Source: Nitrosopumilus sp.
Lineage (GTDB): Archaea > Thermoproteota > Nitrososphaeria > Nitrososphaerales > Nitrosopumilaceae
Reading direction: 5' to 3'
Length of the DNA stretch: 64,000 bases
NCBI GenBank assembly: GCA_965224195.1
Contig: OZ245040.1
Coordinates: 736,001 to 800,000 of the forward strand
The first letter of the stretch is position 1. Each line of letters opens with the position of its first letter. Below the pieces are notes generated by a model. It made no database searches, was not told where the DNA came from, and worked only from the letters and a program-made list of their open reading frames with translations. Below are positions 46,037 to 54,659 of the stretch, in pieces. The position numbers and the translations under genes were made by a program.

Positions 46037-46938
46037 ACACTCGACGCCTGGAGAGAGAAAATGAAAAAGAGAAAGAGAGTATGAAAGTACATGAAAGAGT
46101 ATGAAGATATAAGAGCAAGCATGAGAATACAGGTATGAATGAGGCATAATTTCATCTATCTGATCCTATCCACGCCTAAAATCTGTGACTGACACCTAAC
46201 AAATTGTGCAAATTGCACATTATCAAGCACGTCTCACTGTGCAAAACACCACCCCCCCTACCCTCTAAAAAAATTAGCTTGGAAATTTTTTAAAAAATAT
46301 ATATAAAAAATATAAAATTTTCATAAAACAGCAATGCATACCAAAAATATCACATCTATATCAAAACCAATTAATCATTTTGGCAAGATTTTAACAGAGT
46401 AAAAAACCAAAGATTGGCAATAGAGTCACACCCAAGTTCTCAATCAAAGTAATTTTTTACAAATCATCATTTCTTATTTACTGGCAAGTTTGAAGTTAAG
46501 CTCCAATCAAAGTTATGATTGCAACGGAAATTATTACATGAAATAATGTCAAGGTATGGTCAAACGGCTCTGCCTTGTAAATTGCAATATCCGGATCAAG
46601 CAGCCACAAGTTGAGCTTGAAACATCATCTTTTAATTCTGTCAACCCGTTTTGACTGCTGCGGTGCAAAGGCATCTGATCGGTCTTTGCTTTCAGTTCAG
46701 ATGCGGGGACTGCTTTGAAAGCCTGCCTTTTAGACTCTGAATTAATACAGAACAGAAATTGATGAAAGGAACACCTCTCTTAACATGGCAACAATTCATA
46801 AAAAATAATTTCAGCAACTGGCAACTCTTGTCTTGCATTGACAGCCTGGCATTGACATTTTATATTAATATCATATATCAATATCATGTATTCATATTTG
46901 ATACGACATCATTTTAAATATTTTTAAGGTGATTGGAT

Positions 46939-47828
46939 ATCTACTGCCCCTAGATTATTATGGAATAATTTTCAACAATGTTGGATGGACTTTGTATCAT
47001 TTGCAAAAATAATCTCTGATGAATCATTGCCAATACAATTCCTAGAATCAAAATACACTAAGAATATTTCCTGTCCTTTCTGCAAAAGCAAAACTCTCTA
47101 CACCATGAAAAGCAGAGACAGAATGAGATGCACAAAATGTCAGAAAGATTTCAAACCGCTTTCTGCATCAAAGTTCCCTTTGATTAGAATTTCCATATTC
47201 CACATGGCTCTCACTAGTCAAGCTCTTTGAGCTGTCAGTTTCTGCAAAGACTGCATCAGAACAGGTACGTCCAAGCTACAAGACCACCTTGAAAGCATTT
47301 GATAAATCAGGTATTCAATACTTGAGGAACTGGCAAAGACAGACAAGGTTCTGAAAGGAAAAATTGAGGCTGATGAGGCGTATTTTGGAGGCAGAAGAAA
47401 GGGAAATCGTGGCAGAGGTGACAAAAACAAGACAATTGTATTTGGAATTTTAGAGAGAAATGGCAAGGTACATGTTGAGATTGTAAATAACGTCAAAGCC
47501 AAAACTCTTCTGAAAAGTACGATTAGAAAAGTCAAGAAAGGCAGCATCGTGTATACTGACAAGTGGAAGGGATATGACTCGCTTGTATTCAGCGGCTGCA
47601 AACGTCTCGCAATAGATCAACAGCAAGATGTTTGGAAAAGGTGACGCATACATCATCAACGGCATTGAGGGGTTTTGGAGTTTTGCAAAAGAGAATATGG
47701 CAAAGCATCACGGAGCAAGTCCAAGAAAGTTTTTGCTGTACATCAAAGAAATGGAATGGAGATACAACAACAGAGATTGTAAATTGTTTGATCTGTTGTT
47801 AAAGTATTGCTAGGGGCGGGCAGTAGAT
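46939..47828 (+). mobile_element. IS1595-family (ISXO2-like) element with frameshifted transposase
   Basis: TIRs ATCTACTGCCCCTAG / CTAGGGGCGGGCAGTAGAT; Zn ribbon CPFC..CTKC, EADEAYFGG, YTDKWKGYD, INGIEGFWS across frames. Confidence 0.88.
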
Positions 47829-47865
47829 GCATAATCGCCAATCTTAATTACGCCAGCAAAGAAGG

Positions 47866-49041
47866 ATGATGGGCAAAGTGTCAGTTGCAAAATTAATTAA
47901 AGAATTAAGCTGGACAGAAAAAGAACTGCCACAAAGAGAGAGAACAAAACACGTTCACAGTTTACACCAATATGTCGGTAAGTTTGTACCTCAGCTTGTA
48001 GATTATTTCCTACAACGTGACCTTAAAAATTCTAAATTAATCTGTGACCCATTCATGGGTTCCGGAACTACACTTGTAGAATCAAATGTCAAAGGGATTC
48101 CATCCATAGGGTTGGACATTGGCAAATTTAACGTAATGCTGTGCAATATAAAGACAAAGAGCTATGACGTTACAAGTTTGAAAAGAGAGACAAAATCAAT
48201 TCTTGAGGAAACATTACTCAATGCCTCAAAGACCAGTCTTGATAATTTTGTCTCAAGCAGACAAAAAAGAAAGCTAGGCATTACAGATTCAGAATATCTA
48301 AACGCCTGGTATCATGCAGAAGCGTTGCATCCATTACTTGTATTTAGGGACCTGATACCACAGCACAAATATCAAGATGTTCTAAAGATAATTTTGTCTC
48401 GTTCTGCACGTTCTTCAAGAATGATAGCTCATTATGAGACAGACTATCCAAAAAAACCACAAAAAGATGATTACTATTGTCTCAAACATGATAGAACTTG
48501 CCACCCAACCAAGAACTCTATGGCTTTTCTTAAAAGATACTGTAATGATGTTGTTAAGAGAATAAACCAATTTCAACAGATTAGAAATGACGTACACACA
48601 AAAGCCATACATGGAGATTCAAGCAAGTTTGACTTTACAGATTCCAAAATCAATGATGTTTTCACATCACCGCCATACATAGGACTCATTGATTACCACG
48701 ACCAACATAGATACGCCTATGAATTATTGGGTTTACAAGATAATAGTAATTCTGAGATAGGTAGAAGAAAGAATGGTTCTAGTAAATTGGCAATATCCAA
48801 CTATAAGAAAAGCATTACAAAAACTATCAAAAATATTACAGAATCATCATTTGATAGGAAAAATGGAGTGTTCATAATTGTGGTAAATGACAAACTAGAC
48901 CTTTATGATGAAATTGTATCAAATGCTGGAATGATAGTAAAAAAGAGACTGTGCAGAAATGTTAACCGCAGGTCCGGAAGAAGGGCAACAAGTTTTAATG
49001 AAAATATTCTGATTTGTAAATCAGATGGTTCTATCAGATAG
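47866..49041 (+). CDS. amino-DNA methyltransferase (alpha order, probably m4C)
   Basis: HQYVGKFVPQL, DPFMGSGTT (motif I) precedes TSPPY (motif IV). Confidence 0.88.
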   Translation: MMGKVSVAKLIKELSWTEKELPQRERTKHVHSLHQYVGKFVPQLVDYFLQRDLKNSKLICDPFMGSGTTLVESNVKGIPSIGLDIGKFNVMLCNIKTKSYDVTSLKRETKSILEETLLNASKTSLDNFVSSRQKRKLGITDSEYLNAWYHAEALHPLLVFRDLIPQHKYQDVLKIILSRSARSSRMIAHYETDYPKKPQKDDYYCLKHDRTCHPTKNSMAFLKRYCNDVVKRINQFQQIRNDVHTKAIHGDSSKFDFTDSKINDVFTSPPYIGLIDYHDQHRYAYELLGLQDNSNSEIGRRKNGSSKLAISNYKKSITKTIKNITESSFDRKNGVFIIVVNDKLDLYDEIVSNAGMIVKKRLCRNVNRRSGRRATSFNENILICKSDGSIR

Positions 49042-49319
49042 CGTAAAAAAAGAGACAGAAGAATATCTTTGTAAATGGGTTGAAAAACTCACAAAGAGAA
49101 AAATCATGAATATTTGATATATTTTTGGAATAATTTAGGAAACAAAAATTTGCCTACATCCCCGGTGAAAATTATGCCATTTAAAAAATTGAATGTTACA
49201 CCTTGCAAGAATTGTCTCAACTATTTTGTATCTTTAGATTGATCTTAGAAAATTAACTTGTTTTGATGAGTATAAAATAATCAAAAAAAAAACCTATAAG
49301 AGATAATCTTAGTCAAAAA

Positions 49320-50204
49320 TTGAACAATTTGTTAAAATCAACTCAAAGACTTGATGTAATTTATCGTAGTGACTGCTTAAACAAATTAAAAAAATTGGAT
49401 TCTAATTCTATAGATTTTATTATTACTTCTCCTCCGTATGCAGATAGCAGAAAGAAAACATACGAAGGCGCTTCTGCAGATAAATATGTGGACTGGTTTT
49501 TACCTATTTCAAAAGAACTTAAGCGTGTTTTAAAACCTAGAGGCTCTTTTATTTTAAATATCAAAGAAAGGGTTGTTGATTCTGAGCGTAGTACATATGT
49601 TCTAGAATTAATTCTAGAGATGCGAAAACAAGGATGGCTGTGGACTGAGGAATATCTTTGGCATAAAAAAAATTCTTTTCCTGGAAAATGGCCAAATAGA
49701 TTCCGAGATGGGTGGGAAAGATGCTTGCATTTTACAAAACAGAAAAAATTCAAAATGTATCAAAAATCAGTCATGGTGTCTAAGGGAAAATGGGCAGAGT
49801 CCAGACTCAAAAATCTTTCTGAGACTGATATGGAACGTGCTAAATCTCGCGTGATGAGCGGATTTAGTAAAAATGTATCCAATTGGTTGGATAGGGATCT
49901 GGCATACCCATCTAATGTCATTCATATGGCAACTGAATGTTCTAATGTAAGTCATAGTGCCGCATTTCCTGTATCTTTACCTGAATGGTTTATCAAATTA
50001 TTTACAAAAGATGAGGATGTTGTATTGGATCCTTTTATGGGGAGTGGCACTACTGCTGTAGCTGCAACAAAATTAAATCGTAATTATATTGGAATGGAAA
50101 AAAATACGTTATATCATAAATATGCAAATAAAAGAATTAGAATTTTTAAGAAAGAACTTGAAGCAAATTTAAAATCTAAAAATAAATTAAAAATTTCTAG
50201 ATAG
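49320..50204 (+). CDS. beta-class N4/N6 DNA methyltransferase
   Basis: TSPPY, HSAAFP, DPFMGSGTT. Confidence 0.92.
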   Translation: MNNLLKSTQRLDVIYRSDCLNKLKKLDSNSIDFIITSPPYADSRKKTYEGASADKYVDWFLPISKELKRVLKPRGSFILNIKERVVDSERSTYVLELILEMRKQGWLWTEEYLWHKKNSFPGKWPNRFRDGWERCLHFTKQKKFKMYQKSVMVSKGKWAESRLKNLSETDMERAKSRVMSGFSKNVSNWLDRDLAYPSNVIHMATECSNVSHSAAFPVSLPEWFIKLFTKDEDVVLDPFMGSGTTAVAATKLNRNYIGMEKNTLYHKYANKRIRIFKKELEANLKSKNKLKISR

Positions 50205-50235
50205 CTTTTTTAAAAATAACGCCAAAGCAATAGAT

Positions 50236-50472
50236 TTGCAAATGATTGCACCCCAAATATCATCTCTAATAGATGACTGGCATTCAAAAGGGAAAATCAT
50301 GCTATCAGGTCCATTTGATAGCGATGTATCGTCAATGGCAGTTTTTGAAGGGACTGAAGAGGAAGCACATGAGTTTTACAAGAAATATCAAGACATATGC
50401 TCAGATATTTTGACGTATGAGTTATACCAATGGGATGCATTACCTATTCTTTCAATTTTAAATAAAAATTGA
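50236..50472 (+). pseudogene. YciI-like protein, probably 5'-truncated
   Basis: GKIMLSGPFD, MAVFE, YELYQW; non-ATG start. Confidence 0.5.
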
Positions 50473-50815
50473 AATTTTTTTAAAAACAATTTAATTTGTA
50501 ATCCTGTTCTCATTCTATAGACTTGTAGTAGTAACATAGAAAAATGTGCACTGTTAAGTAATCATTGAATAAAATTATGGTAATGGCTCATGTCCTCTTT
50601 TATATCCTGAAAATTTACGATATTCGTAATCAGTCAGTGGTGTTTGACATCCACATTTACAAAATATTTTCATGATTTTGATAAATTGCACACATACAAA
50701 AAGTTTAGGAAACTAGGGTTCTGTGAAGTTATAGGCACCTGAAATATGGATCTTCTTCAAATTGAATTTTAGGCATGAAGTTTTTTATCAACTCAAATAG
50801 TAGTCATTAGCGTTT

Positions 50816-51373
50816 TTGTTTATGGGTAAAAAAGAGTTACAAGAAAGAGACATTTGGCAAGATAGAAGTGGTGTAAGAGGGGAAGTTGCAGAAGCTAAAT
50901 TTGAGATAGTTTTTCTAAGAGAATTTGAAAAATTAAATTATGATGTAAGAAAAAAACCAAAAGAACTTCAAGATATTTATTCAAAGGAACCAAAACATGG
51001 AGTAGTTATCGATTATGCAATAACCAATACAGACACCAAAAAAACACTATACGTGGAAATCAAAAGACAGGATGGCTATGTTCCGGGGGAAACTGAACCT
51101 AATGCAGGTAGAGGAAATGCACATGAAAGATCATGTAAGTATTTTACACCCGGATTACTGAAAATCATGAGAAAATTTGGAAATTTAGGCGATGATGTAC
51201 TTCCTTTTTGGGTTGTATATCAAGGTCGTATTGCACGTGATAAAAAACGAACTAACGAAATAACATATTGGTTTGATAATTATAAACCACATTTTTTCTT
51301 GTGGAAAAATCAATCAAATGCAAAACCACTAGTCAACCATTTTAACAATAATTTGAAATCCCTCTTAGATTAG
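50816..51373 (+). CDS. MunI-family type II restriction endonuclease
   Basis: EIKRQDG...AGRGNAHERSCK.FTPGLLK, LPFWVV..G.I.RD.KR..EIT.W as in R.MunI. Confidence 0.88.
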   Translation: MFMGKKELQERDIWQDRSGVRGEVAEAKFEIVFLREFEKLNYDVRKKPKELQDIYSKEPKHGVVIDYAITNTDTKKTLYVEIKRQDGYVPGETEPNAGRGNAHERSCKYFTPGLLKIMRKFGNLGDDVLPFWVVYQGRIARDKKRTNEITYWFDNYKPHFFLWKNQSNAKPLVNHFNNNLKSLLD

Positions 51374-52023
51374 GCATTATTCATTATTACATCTAATCCC
51401 CATGAAGCCCAACCTCTAGCTCTCTTTCGTGCAAATAGCTCTATTCTTTTTTGTTCAGGGAACATCTTCTCTATTCCTTGCATGACTTCTATTGGTTTTT
51501 CACTATGTCCTTTTCTTGGAGTTTTTACTAGCTGTTTTACATTCCTTGCCCCTCTTGGATTTGGTATTCTACCGTGTTTAAATAACAAACATAGTTCGCA
51601 ATTTGAGAGGGTGTATTTTCCGGGATTATGATTCATCTTATCCCATACAAAAGCCACTGTTCTATACTTAAAACCCCATGCCTTGCCTAATTCTATGGCT
51701 TGTGATAAGTGAGGGTTTGTAGTCCACATGAACAATAAACAATCATCAGCTACTATTCCATCTATGGGAATATCTGACATTTCACTAGTCTTCATAGTAG
51801 GATATTTGAAACTAGCAGTGCTAATGTAGAGGCTTTTTGATGTATCGTATTGTAATTTCTTATTATAATCCCAAGGTGGATCAGCATAGATTATATCAAA
51901 TTTCTTATTTGGTAATTTTGGGTATGCCATTTCATTTGATAATGGATTGTGTTTTGTTCGTCTCTTAACATCTTCGTTGTAGATTGAATACCCACTACGC
52001 TTTTTTGTTAATTGTTTACTCAT
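51370..52023 (-). CDS. MT-A70 family adenine methyltransferase (M.MunI-like)
   Basis: IYADPPW, LFMW, FVWDK, HSEKP, IELFAR. Confidence 0.9.
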   Translation of the reverse strand: MSKQLTKKRSGYSIYNEDVKRRTKHNPLSNEMAYPKLPNKKFDIIYADPPWDYNKKLQYDTSKSLYISTASFKYPTMKTSEMSDIPIDGIVADDCLLFMWTTNPHLSQAIELGKAWGFKYRTVAFVWDKMNHNPGKYTLSNCELCLLFKHGRIPNPRGARNVKQLVKTPRKGHSEKPIEVMQGIEKMFPEQKRIELFARKRARGWASWGLDVIMNNA

Positions 52024-52199
52024 TTTGAATTTCTTCCTTCTATTGTAATTTTACCTTTTTTCCTGATCTCAAATTCAATTCTTTCTGGATTATCTAACTC
52101 TTCTAAAACGGGTTTGGGAATAACAGCAAAACATCCTCTTCGTTCATTATAATCTAATTTAACAGAAAACTTTGTTATGTCTTTTTTCCACTGAGCCAT
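52020..52199 (-). CDS. small AbrB/MazE-like regulator (59 aa)
   Basis: MAQWKKDITKFSVKL...AVIPKPVLEELD...IEFEI; ATGA overlap with the MTase start. Confidence 0.65.
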   Translation of the reverse strand: MAQWKKDITKFSVKLDYNERRGCFAVIPKPVLEELDNPERIEFEIRKKGKITIEGRNSK

Positions 52200-52236
52200 A
52201 CACTAAATTATTTTATGCCATACTTAAAACTTTTCT

Positions 52237-52277
52237 CGATCCTCGAGGATCGTAATATTGATATAATCCTCGAGGAT
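52237..52277. promoter_or_regulatory. two ATCCTCGAGGAT palindromes in divergent promoter
   Basis: 16-bp perfect palindrome at 52237-52252 and a 12-bp copy at 52266-52277. Confidence 0.65.
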
Positions 52278-52288
52278 AATATAATTAC

Positions 52289-53423
52289 ATGAATGCAAGA
52301 AAACAACGAGCTCAAATTATGATGGAAACTAAAGGTCATTGTTCACAGATTGACCAGAACTCCTTTAGAGTTAGATCTCAGTCAAATCCAAATAATTTCT
52401 ATATTGTATCAAAAACAGAAAACGGATTAAAATGTCAATGTAAGGATCATAATTGTAGGAAATCTGACTGCAAGCATATCAAGATAGTTTTAGAGATTAT
52501 CAAAAATAACAATTGTCGTAGAGACAATACATTTAGAATTATGGAACGCTCTAAACTAAAACTATGCAAATTCTGTGATTCAGGCAAAATTATCAAAAAA
52601 GGAATCAAGAAAAATAAATCAGGTAATCTTCAAAAATTCAAATGTAAAGATTGTAAAAGAGGATTCACTGCAAATTTTGGTTTTGAGAAAATGAGACATA
52701 AACCAGTTCTAATCACTAGAGCATTGCAGATGTATTATTCAGGAATGTCAGTTAGAGACATTGCAGACTGCTTTGAGCAAGAAGAAATAGAAATATCATA
52801 TAGGGCAGTTTACGACTGGGTTAAAAAAATACTCCAGAATGACACACAATTATCTAAAGGGGATTGTACCAAGGGTATCAGAAACATGGAGAACAGATGA
52901 AATTTTTATGAAAATTAGTGGTGAGCAGAAGCTACAATATTCAATGCTTGATCATGAGACCCGATTCATGATTACTCAATATATGGCAAACACAAAAGGC
53001 ACTGAAAACGTTACACCAATGTTTAGAGAAGCCATGATGATTACAGATAAGATACCAACAACATTAATTTCTGATGGTGCTCCTAATTTCCATAAGGCAT
53101 GGAAAGAGAATTACAAGGCAAAGAATTTTCTTTGGAAAGATACTGAACATATACGTCACATTCACATGAAGGGTGATAAAAATAACAACAGAATGGAGAG
53201 GTTAAACGGAACCATAAGAGACAGGGAAGTTTCATACAGAGGGATAAAAAAGATGAACAGTCCATTATTTGACGGATTCCAAATTTACTATAATTTCTCA
53301 AAAAAACACGGTGGAATTGGTAATAAGACACCAGCTGAGATGGCAAAGATAGAAGTAGACGGTGCTAACAAATGGAAGACCATAATTCAAAATGCCAGTC
53401 TCTACAGGGAAAATTCAATTTGA
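52289..53423 (+). pseudogene. IS6-family transposase (SWIM finger, Zn ribbon, HTH, DDE) split by an extra A in an A7 run
   Basis: CQCKD...CKHI, CKFC/CKDC, GMSVRDI, WRTDE, SDGA, NNRMERLN; one fewer A at 52823-29 restores VKKYSRM. Confidence 0.88.
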
Positions 53424-53601
53424 AGAAGATCCATATTTCAGGTGCCTATAACTTCACAGAACCTTGATTTTATCTTCCTTTTTATTTGCATGTGTTGTTA
53501 TATTTATGATCGTTACGCCTTATGATCATTATGTCCCATCAAAATCTGATGATTCTCTGACCCATTCTGAATAGCTTGAAGCTATTGATTTTAAACTATA
53601 A

Positions 53602-54117
53602 TCAATAACCCACAATCAAAATTCCTTTCAATGGAAGTTTAATTCGCTGACTTGCATACAACGTATCAAAAAAAGATATTACTGCTTTGAAATCCTTAAA
53701 AGTTTTTAGATAGATTTTACGAATGGCAATTACCAAGTAATCTGTATTTAACATCATACATGCCTGAAACAAATCTTTTAGAAATTGATAATTTGTTACT
53801 CCTCGTCCAGCTTCTACTTCGATAACCGTTTTAGTATTTTTGTCAAATGCATCTGCATCAAATGTTTTCTCTAGTTTACCATTTATCCCAAACAACACAG
53901 GAATTTTTATCTTGTCTATTCTTCTTTTAGATTTTTCTACTTCATATCCAATATCTAAAAAATCATTTCTTAATTTTAAAAGAACCTGATCACTTTTTAA
54001 TTCTTTAGTTGACGATGTAATTTCTTTTTCATTTTGTTCAAAAACTTTTACAACTTTAGATAGGTGCTCTGGAATTTTTTCAGATTTTGGATAATATTGC
54101 CAAGAAATAGAATTCAA
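53602..54117 (-). CDS. PD-(D/E)XK restriction endonuclease-like protein
   Basis: FDADA...VIEVEAGRG...LKDLF; R-M neighbourhood. Confidence 0.65.
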   Translation of the reverse strand: MNSISWQYYPKSEKIPEHLSKVVKVFEQNEKEITSSTKELKSDQVLLKLRNDFLDIGYEVEKSKRRIDKIKIPVLFGINGKLEKTFDADAFDKNTKTVIEVEAGRGVTNYQFLKDLFQACMMLNTDYLVIAIRKIYLKTFKDFKAVISFFDTLYASQRIKLPLKGILIVGY

Positions 54118-54370
54118 TGAACATTTATAATGATGTTAAGTTATAATGTTTTTTACAAATATGTTTCAAAAAAGAATACAATTAAACTATTTGACCTATA
54201 TTGCACATTGTCTCAAGATGCAGAATTAGAACATATGCTTCATCTCAAACATAGAATAAGGGGTAGTTTATTCAGTTTAAAAAAAAGTGGTAGAATTAAA
54301 CGAGTATCTGATGCAACATACAAAATTTTAGACTGAAATTCAATCTAAGCTCCCAAAGATGTTACAGAAT

Positions 54371-54606
54371 CCTTTAAAGCAAGATTGAAACATGCCGCCA
54401 TATGCAGGTCAATCATGCAAATATTCCGTATTGTTGTTACGGCCCCATTGAAGCAAAATATTGAAGCTAGAGCAGACAGGCAAGCAAGCAAACATGCATG
54501 CTCATAATTTCCTCACCTCCTGGTGAGGCCGCCCCATTAAAACAAAATAGAAGACGGAGCTTTTGCAAAAGAAAGCCAGTTTGAATCGAACTTTCATAGG
54601 ATAAAC
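54371..54606 (+). repeat. cassette A copy 1: array of four dissimilar CRISPR-repeat-like units
   Basis: Units end GATTGAAAC (54391), GGCCCCATTGAAGC (54454) and CCCCATTAAAAC (54543), plus GTTTGAATCGAACTTTCATAGGATAAAC (54579-54606); near-identical copy at 57507-57732. Confidence 0.7.
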
Positions 54607-54659
54607 AACTGCTGATCCCAAAAATTCAGTCAGATTTCAGGTGTGGCAAACAATATCCC

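Larger units (their letters stand above)
50717..53463. mobile_element. IS6-family cargo transposon carrying a MunI-like R-M system
   Basis: Perfect 54-bp TIRs (50717-50770, 53410-53463) starting GGTTCTGTGAAGTTATAGGC; internal DDE transposase; no TSD seen. Confidence 0.9.

Noticed and set aside
46440-46860. GC-richer non-coding stretch, possible pseudogene
   Set aside because: No recognisable reading frame or structure
50550-50673. Short CKCGC-containing minus-strand ORF
   Set aside because: Only about 33 codons; may be a remnant but cannot be assigned
52821-52830. Programmed frameshift in the transposase
   Set aside because: It needs a +1 shift at a plain A7 run, and the paralog at 12001-12030 reads through in one frame; a homopolymer indel is more likely
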